A stretch of DNA of 61,704 nt, the filler included, from Choristocarpus tenellus KU-1152 (lineage: Eukaryota > Protista > Phaeophyceae): assembly GCA_964200185.2 (NCBI GenBank). It is 14 parts of 14 records of this genome, joined end to end, with 100 filler letters (N's around TTAATTAATTAA, not from the genome) between each part and the next. Parts side by side here need not be neighbours in the genome. Positions count along the whole stretch, not along the records: positions 9,053 to 15,337 come from CAXNAD020008477.1; positions 15,438 to 19,204 come from CAXNAD020018054.1; positions 19,305 to 23,890 come from CAXNAD020013900.1; positions 23,991 to 27,383 come from CAXNAD020020334.1; 10 more parts are not named here. One strand, given 5' to 3'. Below, in pieces: positions 12,766 through 24,748 of this stretch. How positions within the stretch are numbered: position 1 is the first letter of the stretch; every line of letters begins with the position of its first letter. Made by a program: the position numbers and the translations under genes. The notes beneath the pieces were generated by a model. That model did not search any database. It was not told the origin of the DNA and saw nothing but the letters and a program-made list of their open reading frames with translations.

Positions 12766-15083
12766 AGTATTAATACTCCAAGGAGTATCAATATCAACAC
12801 TGATAATAAAATAGTCCCGACACTACTGCCTTGCCCCTGCAGTAGCTTTCCTCAAGTCTCCACTTACAATCAAGGAATTGCTCTTTGGTAACTGAGTCTC
12901 TCCAAGAGGGGTGCACATTTTGTTTTTAAATCGGTTCAGCCCAAAGGCAGCATTTCTGACCAATGAGAAGTCATAAGGTTGTAATATTGGGTGCACTGTG
13001 AACGGGTCATGATTAAAGTGAACCAATCAACGCTGTTCACATGTCACCATATATCCAATCAGAAGGTTTCTTTTGTTAGACAAGGACCCAATCCTTACAA
13101 CATTGGAGGTATTTCCATCCTTCACCCTATGTCAGAGGCACTCGATCACGCAGTGACCTGTGCATATTCGACACAGGTGGCAACAGTACTTCTATCAAAC
13201 TAAAGTGATCACCTATTCCACAGTGATACTTGCCATTACCATTAGGTAGATGCCTCTCAATGCTGAGATTGCACATAGGTGCAGAGCAGTTATGTAAGTT
13301 TTACCACGAAAGTGGGTCGTTGAATAGAAAGACTTATGGCTGGTCAAACATTCAGCACATGTGAAACTTCTGACAGAAAAAATGTGGTGATTTCAGTGAT
13401 GTACCGTTTCCAGGTTTCCCTTATGGAATATGGACATATCCTATTCGCTACGTGGTTAGTCTATAACTGTACGATTGGGTGGGAGCAACTTGCCTACAAC
13501 CCGAGCCAAAAATAAGAATAAAAAGCATTGACACACATGTCCATGCTGTGTACCGGCCTGCCAATCAAATTGCCACAATATTCTCCTACTTGGTTTGTGA
13601 TAACTACCCTCCTGAGTACATGCAAGCTAGATGGTGCTCATTGCCAACCGGCGAAGCCTCCATTCTTCTGGGAAAGCTTTGAGGGGTGCCTGAACTTTTT
13701 TACGAAACGAAACCCATGCAAATCCTGCCAGCAGGACCCCACCTGATAGGCCTTGCGGCTAACTTGACCAGGGACCTCCACCTCCAGAGGTCCCGCCCTG
13801 GAGCGAATGATGTTCCCATCTTGTCTGTCCTGCACCGTCACCCCTGGCAGGAGATGTAATGAGCTATCAACAAGACTTGCCTAGGTGTTGGGACAGAGTG
13901 TGCTTGAGTCAGTTAACTTTTAGGCTGAGTTGTTGCACTCAATGTAATTGATTGCAGCCGGCTCATCACACCTACGTGCTCTCTACATTGCGGGTGGAAA
14001 TCAGAAAGGGATCGATGGCAGTTTTGGACCAGACCTACTACCATATTGTAGGCATTAAACTGTTCAGTGGAAGAGTTTCAAGAGCCCTTGATACGCACCT
14101 CCTTGGTCCACAAAAAATACTTACCCGACCCCCTTGACTATATATAGTCTCCTCAGAACTTCAACTTTCGGTATTTTTGTCTTTGATGGATGGAAATCTA
14201 GTGCCAACCCTTCCGACCTCTCTTGTTGGCATGAACCTGCAAATCTTTGGTTTCTCCGTCGATTTTTTTTTGTGTTTGTGATGGAAAGGTTTGCATTACA
14301 TATATATGCAAGCCTCCTTCAGTTCTACTCCTCCCACTGCTCATCGTGTAACAGATGCAGAAAGTGCACTAACCCGAACCAGAACACTAGCCCTAACACT
14401 AGCCCCTAACATCTCAACCCTATACTCCAAAGAGAAATGATCTTCCTCATGCACCAGCGGTTGTCAGACAATAGTACACCTGTGCGAGGAAAAGTGGCCA
14501 AGACTTGCACACCTAACATGTTTCCCAGCAAGATTACATTTACTTCAGCTAAGCGGGCAAAAGGCATGACCTGAAGAGCTGGTTGCATTTTTGTCACTGA
14601 CTGCAGTTGAGAGGGTATGGATATCTTGCTCTAGACGGCTTAAGTGCATTTTCATGTAAATGCAAGTACCTAGTCTGGGATGGGCTAATGTCACCCAATC
14701 AGTCAACACAGTCCTGCAATAAGCATCAAATGTGTAAGGGCCCATTGCTCAAGAGACCTTGATACTTTTTGATAGCATGCAGCACCTTGGGTGGACAGTG
14801 CTTGTTGCTATATTTGCTGTTGCTCCTAAACTCCTGTGCCTTCAAGGAACAGAGCCATCCCATCGAATAGGGGGGTTTCGCTCAGTATTTAAGGCCTCTT
14901 TGACTGCCCTCTGAAATGCACCTGTTTTAGCACCCTGGAAGGCTATATTGCACTTACATGGACGAACGTTTGTCTACACTTCTGCAACCACGGCCTCGTA
15001 AGGGGGCATGGCTATATTTCAGGGAGAGACAGTTGGATGTCGGGCACAAGGGATAAAACGCCCTAGTTACTGGAAAGAATCTA

Positions 15084-15209
15084 AAGAGATGTCCTCGTAG
15101 CTCAGTGGGGTGTTGGAATGCGCAGGTTCAAACTCTGATCAAGGTTAAGAGGTGTCCTCGTAGCTCAGTGGGGTGTTGGAATGCGCAGGTTCAAACTCTG
15201 ATCAAGGTT
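15084..15209 (+). mobile_element. Tandem duplicated (63-bp period) tRNA-derived SINE-like head
   Basis: A box TAGCTCAGTGG and B box GGTTCAAACTC in each unit; too short between the boxes for a cloverleaf. A similar head lies at 56190-56257 (-). Confidence 0.55.
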
Positions 15210-17612
15210 GGACTTTATTTTCAAGAAAACTTGGGATGCAAATGGACCACTAAGCAGGCACAATGGAATGGTACACCTGCAGACCCAAAGTTTCTTGGGG
15301 GGGGTAGGGGGGGGGGGGGGGGGGGTGAGGCAGGTGGNNNNNNNNNNNNNNNNNNNNNNNNNNNNNNNNNNNNNNNNNNNNTTAATTAATTAANNNNNNN
15401 NNNNNNNNNNNNNNNNNNNNNNNNNNNNNNNNNNNNNGACGATATTACCTCCAAATCATGAACATTCATGAACCGGCGTACTCTGCCCCCCCCCCCAGAT
15501 ACTTTGAGCCTTCTCAAACATTTTTTGAAGGGTTGGTTATTGAGTCAACCCAACTAAAAAGTAGGCAGGGTTGCATTCTAAGAATCCTTGGGAAAAAATG
15601 TCATTTTGTACAATTAATTGCAAAAGAGCAATTACAAAAGAGTAATTACTCAATTGCGGTATCACTTTGAGTGGGGAAAGGGTGAATATCAACTTTATAT
15701 ACACTATTGTGCCTATTAAAGCAATGAAGTAGGGTGTATAGCAAAGGGTAAGAAAGATGGATTAGAATGCAAAGCGGTCCAAACCTGCCTATCTCTCAAT
15801 TGGTTTGGTTCATTGTGCTGTTTTTATGTGGTCTAGCGGGACCCTGGTCTGTGATGGTGCCTTCAATAGTAGTTAACATTTCCCTCATAGCTGGTCTCTT
15901 TGAATTTTGAAGTTACTACGTAAGAACCACACAACTATTGCATCTACATACAACAAGTTCCAATTATGTACAGTGTTGTATGTAGGATTAGGCAGCACTA
16001 ACAGTAGGCCATCTCCTTGTCTGCACAGACAGGAACAGACCGAACCCCCAGCCAGAGTATACCCCACCCTATTCCCGAGACACAGCACTGCCCTGCCCCT
16101 TTAATCCTGGTACGGCTGGAGTGATCCTCTCCTCCTCTTTCCCCTTGGTACAATCCCCCCCAGGGCTTACCCAGGAATATCCCTCCCCTGTTCCTACCCT
16201 CTCACTGGTGTTGCTGGAGCATCGTGACTTGTAAGAGATGGAGCTTCCACCCCTCCTCATTCCCATCCAATTCTACAGTCCTCCATCTGCAACCCAGGCA
16301 CAGCTCCTGGATGATACGAGGTGTGATAATACGATAAATTTCCGAAGAAACGATATTTTTTTCCCGTTACCTACACTACTATGTTTTTACTCCTCCTTCA
16401 CCTTATCCTAAATATCAAGATGAACCAACCCTCAAATTTCATGGTTAAACACGAAAAATTGAAGGAGAGAGGGGATGTAGCTGTTGCTTTCTTATCTCTG
16501 CCCCACCAGGATGTATAACAATGGATGGTTTTTCCGATACTGAGCGATTACAAGGAATGATTTACTTTCAAACTACGTAGTTTTCTTTTTTTCTCTGTGC
16601 GACCCTTGTTTTGATGTGTATGTCGCTGCTAATCAAGTAATGTTGGGCGCTAGGATTCTGCCTCAGAATTAAAATCGTCAATTGCGAAAATCAGTGTTGG
16701 CCAGATTGGGGCGACTTTTGAAAGCCAACGCCTTGTGTACTACAGGCATGTCATGTACGAGGAGCATAGGGTGTTGTAAGCTTGCGTAGATACAGGGGAG
16801 TATTGAACTTGGGCTCCTCTTCTATAGACCCCTACAGTTTCACTGCAGGGTCAGGTGGAAGGATCCATCTTATCTGTGCTCACACTCCCAAACATTGGTA
16901 CTTCCTACACCTTCATCTCATAGCTTTTATATTCCCGCCCAGCAAACCATGGAGCCATTCTGCAATAATCCGAAGTACAATACTAGATTAGGGCTACAAA
17001 ATATGCTCAGGTGCATCATATTCCCTGCACATATTTGCAAGTGCTGAACAGTTTGTTGCACTATTTACCTATATAGATAGATAGCAGCCTCCCCAACCCT
17101 CCCCCAGCAGGTAGACCTGAGACTGGTTTCCAACACATTCACACTACTATTGCTGCTGGTGCTGTATAACGTGCTAGGTATCAATAAATAGTCATCAGAC
17201 ATCAACCAAGTTCTGTTCAATTCTTCTTTCCCTTGTTTCTCGATATCCCTTCCTTACACTTCTCCAGTGCGATAATTACAAGAGGCATAGTAGTGCAGGT
17301 GCTTCATACCTAATCACCAAACAACCTCTCAAGGTAGAAAAGAATCAATGAGCACTCTGCTCGGCCTTCAAAATGGCAGCAACATGAAGGCATCACACTA
17401 GTATGACACACGCAAGTGTGGCTCTGGAGTTGTTCAGCCGTACTTCCCATTTACATAGTAATCAACAACGGCAATCGCATCAGTCAAATAGAGCCACTTA
17501 AATGTAAGAAAAAAAAATGCCCATCACAAAGAAAAGCACTGCCAACCAACCACCACATCCTGTCGCCACCAATGAAGAATAACTACATATATATGTATCT
17601 ATGTATGTGTTA

Positions 17613-17873
17613 GAGCCAAAGTATCTCTTAGAGAGTAGAGCCACGTCCATTTGGGGGTCAAAATCCAATGTTACGATTTTGATGTAGTTTTGGCTATCGT
17701 GTTTGTTAGGAAGCGTCAATATCTATGTTTCGGATACGCGTTTTCATAACGTATACATTTTGCCTACTCCGAAACATTCTGGAGTAGGAAAATGTCACAA
17801 AAACACCCATGTGAAGCCAAGCCCCAAATGGACAAACAGGGCAAAATTGGTACCCTCTGAGATACTTTCACTC
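17613..17873 (-). mobile_element. MITE family A, full-length, TTA target-site duplication
   Basis: TTA|GAGCCAAAGTATC ... GATACTTTCACTC|TTA; imperfect TIRs; a 3-bp TWA TSD is characteristic of PIF/Harbinger. Confidence 0.9.
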
Positions 17874-20773
17874 TTACAGAACACTCTGCAAGCTTACTGT
17901 GTCTCAGTAGGACCTCCACGATAGAAGACGCTCTGCAACCTTGTCATGATGGAATGCGTAGCTCCAATTCACAAGGCTGTATGTGGACCATGAAGCTCAT
18001 AGAAGGCTCCATAATGTAAACATCGTCAAGTATGCTGGATCTCTCTCTCACTTCGATTATTCACTTTTATAGTTATCATCAGGGTATAAAATAGGAATGA
18101 ACAACCGCTCGCTCGTTTAAAGTTGGTGGCCTCATCATGAATAAATAATAAATAGATAGCCAAGAAGTACATACATAAAATCTAGGAGTTCAAGGTCATA
18201 ATGGCGTTTATTAAACTGCCATTAAGACATCACCTGTATCATATGCACACTGTTGAGGATCAATCGACATCTTGATAGCTAGGGTAATATGCAATTCAGA
18301 ATGAAACTGGTAGAGGCTAACTCTAGGCCTTTACACAGCTCGTTCTGCCAAGTAAATTCTTAATGAGATAGGGTTAGGGTTAGAAATTATTATCAACAAG
18401 TGTAACAATTTAAATAAATAAATATATTTATCATATTTCCAAATGATTTTATGCTACTGGTCATAAAGCACGATTTTGGGACAAAAAATAATTGAATTCC
18501 ACAACCAAAAAATTCAGATCATTGCACTTCATATTCCTTCCCCAAGCCCCCCCCCCCCAAAAAAAAAAGAAGAGAAAAAAGGTTAACCTGAAGCTTACTA
18601 TAAGATCAACTGTATCACACTCTTCAAAATATACACAATCATCGTCAGTCACCCCACAGCAGGTAGAGCGCCCCCTGCGAATAGCACCGCCTCATCATCC
18701 ACACCCCCAAGCCCACAAAGAGGCAGGGGTCTAAGCTATGTATATATACAGCTCCTACAACTAACTAGCAAGGAAGACAGCCTCTCAGCAAGCTGGAGGG
18801 GCACCCCCTCCAAAATAAGATGTGAAGATGCTGCAAAGATCCAGGGCTGTGACATCTGGCTTCACGGCCCCCCCCAGTAGACATCCCATCCCCACTACAT
18901 GCAAGGCAGAGGTGGCTGCAACCTGTCTCAGAGTTGGTTCAACATGGATGTACACGAGGGAGAAAAGAAAAGGAAAAAAAGATGAACATTGAGGGGATGA
19001 CGGGTGGGTTCTTATGTTCAGTCAGGCCTCGACTCTTACTACTGCAGAGGAAAGGGTTTCTGAGCACTGGAAGGCTGCCTATAGGGTGAAGGGGCGGTCA
19101 AGGTTCTCAGTGCGTTCCGAAACCCTAATCACAAGACAACGCATAGCTGAGGCGGGAGATGAAGAGGATTTTGGTTGAGGGGGGAGGGGGACAGGGAACA
19201 GGGGNNNNNNNNNNNNNNNNNNNNNNNNNNNNNNNNNNNNNNNNNNNNTTAATTAATTAANNNNNNNNNNNNNNNNNNNNNNNNNNNNNNNNNNNNNNNN
19301 NNNNCCCCCCTACCAATCCCTGTCAATCATTCCCTGTTCATCAATACACAACCCCCACCCCCTCCTTACCTGATAAGAATCATGATCTGGGGAGGGGTTG
19401 AATGCGCTGACATGGTAGAGAGAGCACTTGGTCTGTCATTTGAACCCTGCTGCAGGGTTCAATGATGACTACTCTTTCTAAAACCATGCAATATATCAAA
19501 GCAATTAATCCGATAAACGGAAATTGTTTTTCAACCGTTTGCTTCATATCAACTTTCATGTATTCATCGACTCTCGTTCCATGAAAGACTCAAACAAACA
19601 TGCTGCTGACTCTCTCAACTCCGCCGTGTAATACCACAGTATAGTCCTTCATAGCCCTCACAATCAGACCCTGTGTGTGTCCTGCAACCACACGTGAGCC
19701 ACCAACATACACTCCCAATTATCACAATCCTCTTTTCTTTTTCAGACTGCGCAAATAGTGCTCTCCAATCTCGTCTAATATGCTGCAGCTTTACTTTATG
19801 TGACGTTGCAACCTCACTCACCTGACTGTATTCAGGTGCTACTCTGGCAAGGCATCCAAGACGCTCTTCCGTTTGGGGCATATGTTTCCGGCTTTTATGA
19901 GGTCAATGTTTCGCCTCTCTGCCTCCGCCAACCCCCCTGTGGGTTGTGTGAAGAAGTAGAATGAATGCTGCAAAAATGGTACCTTTACTTTTGAATACAT
20001 ACATGCTTACGTATAATGTGTCAAAGACTGGTATATGTATGACTAGTTCTCATGTACCACATGCGCAAAGGGTAGGAGAATCCTTTTTTATATATAGTTT
20101 TCTCGTGCTCTTCTGGCTTGCATGCAAGATATGCCAGTGACTGGCACGGGAAGTATGGATGGTTGCGCCTTTTGATTCTTATACGTGAACATACGCAGGG
20201 TGATGCCGTGTATTTAACGTCCTAGAGGACAATGAAGGTATGCTATTGCCACCAATGAGAACTCCATACAGAACAAGTAATGGGAAGCACTGCCCTCTGT
20301 TCTGGAGATTATTTATGTCGTGAATTCAGGAAAGGTAGTCCACTAGGTATGAATTGTCAAGTTCTCTTCTGTTATGTTTAGATAGTGCAGACACCACGGC
20401 ATTTAACTTTTGATGTAATGAAAGGTTGAGTTGTGTAGTTGGTGAATTCACTTAACCATATATCAGCCTTACCTTACAAGAGCACAGGGAGATAAATTTT
20501 GAGTATGTTGTGGATTGTCCTAAATTTTTTAGGTGTAAGAGCCTAACCAATTGAGAGGGCTGGCAGATTCTGACCCTTTTGCATCTAAGGCATCTTTCTT
20601 ACCCTGTACAATACACTATTTCATTGCTTTGTGCACATCATTGTGTGCACAAAAATATTATTCTCCCTTTTCACGTACAAAGAGACACGACAAGTAAGCA
20701 AAGGCTCTTTCTGCAATTGCACAAAATGACATTTTTTTTGCCTTTCCTCTGGATCCTCAAAATGGAACACTTA

Positions 20774-21024
20774 ACTCAAAGTAAACGAGAGGTTCCCAGA
20801 GGATGCCAACAAATATGTGCAAAATTCGACTCTTTTGGAAATGTGAACAGGATATTTTCTGAACTTTGCCCAAAGTTTCAGCAATAGAGAAATCAATGCT
20901 CTCAGCTCAAAACTCGATACTTTATCCATAGGAATATGGGCGAATTGCGTAAGATTGAAAAACATATTTAAAACGCAAAATGCAAAACAGTCAAAACCTG
21001 GGTACCTCTCGTTTACTTTAGCTC
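20774..21024 (+). mobile_element. MITE family B (TIR core AAAGTAAACGAGAGGT)
   Basis: Inverted termini; second copy at 22944-23574. Confidence 0.8.
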
Positions 21025-21027
21025 TTT

Positions 21028-21219
21028 GGCTCAAAGTATCTCGGGGGGGGGGTGGCGGCTGTCCATTTGGGGTCATTTTTTTCATGTCGCGATTTTTTGT
21101 GTCATTTAGTTGCATACGTCGGGTGGATAATGTAAGTACATTTTTCCTGGTCATCGCCCAAAATGGACACCCTGGTGTAGACCCCCCCCCTCACACACAC
21201 ACACAAATACTTTGGGTCC
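21028..21219 (+). mobile_element. MITE family C (TIR GGCTCAAAGTATCT followed by poly-G); fragments also at ~9072-9235, 15282, 15486-15510, 23753, 35017-35170, 44178 and 59018
   Basis: Inverted termini and shared internal GGCGGCTGTCCATTT...AAATGGACACCCTG. Confidence 0.75.
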
Positions 21220-22384
21220 TTTAGGTGGGCAGTACTTGAGCATGGGCTAGGCTCCACCACGGAACTAGTCTCTTCCTTCTATGTTCTGCGTTCATCCTCC
21301 AGGATGCCTAGAACTTCCAACTCCATCTGCCTACAAATGCCTTCTTCGTAACTTGTTCTCTGCAATCCTGTAAAAATAATTGTCTTAAGAGGTCCTGAGA
21401 AATAACATAAACCTGGTTCCCCTTAGACCTTCTGGGTTGCTTGTTCTCATCCTTGGAGTACTGAGAGATATTCCTCCAATGGCCAAACAAAGTGATTGCC
21501 AGAATCAATCAACATTGCGCTAGCTTACTTGCGTACAACAATTTTTCCTTCCGTCTGTTCAGGGATGGTGGCATTGAAGGCGCTGCAGGTTCATGTTATA
21601 TCCTTGTTCTACATCAGAGCTAATAGGGACACTTATGGGCACTGTCACATATTATATCTGTCCCTCTCAGACAAATTGTGTACGTTCATGATAGGCTTGA
21701 ATAACAACGTTAGATTCAAATCAGAGGAAAAACTATAAACGACAAATGGCATTAACGTCTTGTATGTAGTTATTAGTAGTGGACCTTGACTCAACTCCAA
21801 ATGGAAGGCGGTGTTTGTGAGAAATGTCAATATGAAATATATATATATATATGTATTGTTGCCTGTTTATTTTGAAGGTCCAACAGGTGACGTCCAGACT
21901 TCTGTGCAATAGTATCTAAGAGGAGGGGGGTGATTAGCCCAAGTTGTCCATTCTGGACTTGGTGGGGGGTTGTAAGATACCCAGTTTGATTCCTGTGCTG
22001 CGAGTGTTATTCCTTCAGGTTTGATTCCGACAGGGGGATGAAAAAGGAAGGTGCGTTCAGATGAAGCAAAATGCCCTTACATCTGACACATTCACTCAGA
22101 TGACATGAAATTCACTACAGATTCACACCAGCCCCGAAAGGATGCCTGATCCACCCTCTAAGGTACTATGGGTCTCAAGATTTCCTCTTAGAGGAACTTC
22201 CAATATAATCTTATTTCACGTTATTCCTATATCAACTGATTGCCTCCCACTCAAATGTCAATATGCTTGGTGAGTGGTGATAAATGTCATCATCATGAAG
22301 AGGGATGTCAGGCTTGAGATACAGGAAGCGTTGCAATTAGAAATTCAATATTATATTTGTGAAAGTAGTTGGGAGTTGTCTACA

Positions 22385-23632
22385 TCTCGCCCTTTACTAT
22401 GCCGGGTAGCTTGCCCTCACTCACAGAATAGAGACACATACTTTACCCCTACCTTCACTTCTAAATGACCAACTACCAGGATCAAGCCAAACACTCAAGT
22501 TCCTACATGCACGAATTTCTACCCACTGGTCCCTCTCCCTTTATTGTGAATGAAGGAAATGTATGTTGTGTGGGCAGTTGGAGTGTCAAGAAGGTGTGTT
22601 TTAAATTATAGATCTTTTGCCCCTCACTTTACTCATCTCAGTTGTACTTATTCTAGAATAGAGACACAAGTACTTTACCCCTGCCTTCACTTCTAGCTCC
22701 TGACTACAAGGGTCAACTCAAATACCGAAGTTCCTCCATGTAAGGGGTTCTACTCGCTGCTCCCAGGTCCCTTTAAAGTAAGGAAGATGGGAGTGTTGTG
22801 TGGGCAGTTGAAAGGTCATGAAAGTGTTTGTTGGGGTATTGGGTTGTAGATATGTTGCCCCTGACTGTACCAACACAGTTGCCCTTACTCCCAGAATTGA
22901 AATCTACATACTCTACCCTGACATTTACTTCCTATTCCTGACTGAGCCAAAGTAAACGAGAGGTACCCCACCCAGGCTTTGACCGTTTTCATTTTAAGCC
23001 AGTATTTAAATATTTTGCAATTCACCCATTTTTCTGTGGATGTACTACTAAGATTGACTTGAGAAGGTTAATTTCTGTATTGTTTGAAAATTTTCGACAT
23101 AGTTTCAGAAAATACTGTCACCGACAGGTCGCCTTTTTGAGATCTCCCGACACTGATGAGGATAATACGCACGCGGTCATGTACATTTGCACGCGTCATC
23201 TTTCGTCATTGAGGCTAAGCCAAGTGATATGGTGTGAGTCAGACGCACAACTACCTCGCAGTAACCCTGACATGAACGGTGGATTCAAACCAGCAAAGCT
23301 CGAGGTTATGTGTTTTCTGTTCTAACTGGTCACAACCAATCACAGTGAAGATTGATCCGCGTGGCACTCTGAGGCTGTCAACATACACCCAGCGTGCCTC
23401 AATTTTATCTCTCACTTCCTTTCTGAACCACATCTCTGGTGGTTCTCGTCACCCCCCATCACACAGAACCAGGCCCCTTAACACCCATACGCATTTGTAA
23501 AAATAAACAAATCTTGCACACATTTGTCAACTTACTTAAATGCAACTCTGGGAACCTCTCGTTTACTTTGACTCACTAGGGTCAAGCCAAATACCCAAGT
23601 TCCTACATCACGAAATTCCACTAACTGCTACC
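22385..23632. repeat. Degenerate ~230-bp tandem repeat, ~3 units; third unit interrupted by a family B MITE
   Basis: Recurring AGAATAGAGACAC...ACTTTACCCCT...AAGTTCCT...GTTGTGTGGGCAGTTG blocks. Confidence 0.7.
22944..23574 (-). mobile_element. MITE family B with ACT TSD and ~370-bp internal insertion (~23122-23491)
   Basis: ACT|GAGCCAAAGTAAACGAGAGG ... CCTCTCGTTTACTTTGACTC|ACT; flanking parts align with the 20774 copy. Confidence 0.8.
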
Positions 23633-24271
23633 AAAGACGAATCGGTGTATCTATCCCTGCGTACCAACCTTCAACATCACGTTCGGTCCTCCACTATAAC
23701 TTTCACTGAGGACCACACCAAATACTACGCAATACTATTATGCCTGACTGCAGGGTCAAAGTATCTGGGGGGGGAGGGGGGTGGTTTGTGAAGGGTCGTC
23801 CGTTTCGGTCGAACAACTCTTTTTTTGCTGACATTTCAAATCCGACACGTGCGACTAAATCACACCAAAAAAGTGAAAATCGAAAAAAGGNNNNNNNNNN
23901 NNNNNNNNNNNNNNNNNNNNNNNNNNNNNNNNNNTTAATTAATTAANNNNNNNNNNNNNNNNNNNNNNNNNNNNNNNNNNNNNNNNNNNNGTGTCTGCAT
24001 TTCCTAATCTACCCCACCGATGGTGTCTATAGTGTACCAGCAGCACTATCTACGAACAGTGCGATAAACACATGCAAAGCCCGGTCTTGCAGCATGAGCA
24101 GCATCAGCTGCCACGCTTTCCTTTCCCGCTTAGTTTCCAGTTGAAGGTTCATGTTGCTGTTCATATCAGGAACAGGTACTGTTGGAGGTCGCTCCACGTC
24201 GTCGTCTTCACTCGATAATTCCATATCAACTGCCCAGATAGACCCTCCACAGACAATATCTGGACCACGAA

Positions 24272-24748
24272 GTGCAAAGCGACAAGACTCGTAGTGAGCA
24301 CTGTTAATGTGCACAAGGTATCTTCCATGAATACCACCAAGATCTCATCAAACGTCGAAGCAACAGGACTAGTAGTGAGCACTGTTATTGTGCACAAGGT
24401 ATCTGCCCCACACTTAGTTATGATTTTGGGACCTTAGATGGCGGTCTGGACTCTTTCCCTCTTGACCATGGACCTTAGCGCACCAATGGTCTGTCTGCTA
24501 TACTGTACTCATTAGCACTAGGAGTTTGGTTAAGTTTGGTAAGTCTGTTGAACCCCCTAGCTCATCCAGTGCTCTACCTCCAGTGGTAATCATGTAACAC
24601 TCTACCTAAATATATTTCGCGGAGAACCAGCTATATCCGAGTTTGATTGGCCTTCCACCCCTAACCACAGCTCATCCCCTAATTTTTTAACATCCAGATA
24701 CCTTGTGTACAAATAGCAGTACTCACTACTAGTCTTGTCGCTTTGCAC
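24272..24748. repeat. Three ~50-bp repeats: two direct (24272-24323, 24357-24404) and one inverted (24696-24748)
   Basis: Consensus GTGCAAAGCGACAAGACTAGTAGTGAGCACTGTTATTGTGCACAAGGTATCT; all three end in AAGGTATCT facing the enclosed sequence. Confidence 0.9.
24409..24693 (-). pseudogene. Fragment of bacterial/mitochondrial-type 23S (LSU) rRNA, domain II, decayed nuclear insertion
   Basis: Minus strand reads GGGGATGAGCTGTGGTTAGGGGTGGAAGGCCAATCAAACTCGGATATAGCTGGTTCTCCGCGAAATATATTTAGGTAGAG...GGTAGAGCACTG...CTAAGGTCCC, collinear with 23S domain II (roughly E. coli nt 740-1020, from memory). Confidence 0.9.

Noticed and set aside
19369-19881. Two small possible minus-strand exons (MPQTEERLG...; TKCSLYHV...)
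   Set aside because: Splice signals are plausible, but they are too short and have no recognisable homology.
23150-23200. Hammerhead ribozyme (CTGATGAG core)
   Set aside because: No stem II followed by GAAA could be found.
24272-24404. Calling the two direct repeats plus spacer a CRISPR array
   Set aside because: Only two diverged direct units, the third is inverted, no cas genes, eukaryotic context. Kept only as a capture-cassette hypothesis.
24409-24693. Functional rRNA gene or bacterial contaminant contig
   Set aside because: Only ~285 nt, substitutions at conserved sites, and the same contig carries eukaryotic hAT and LTR remnants.
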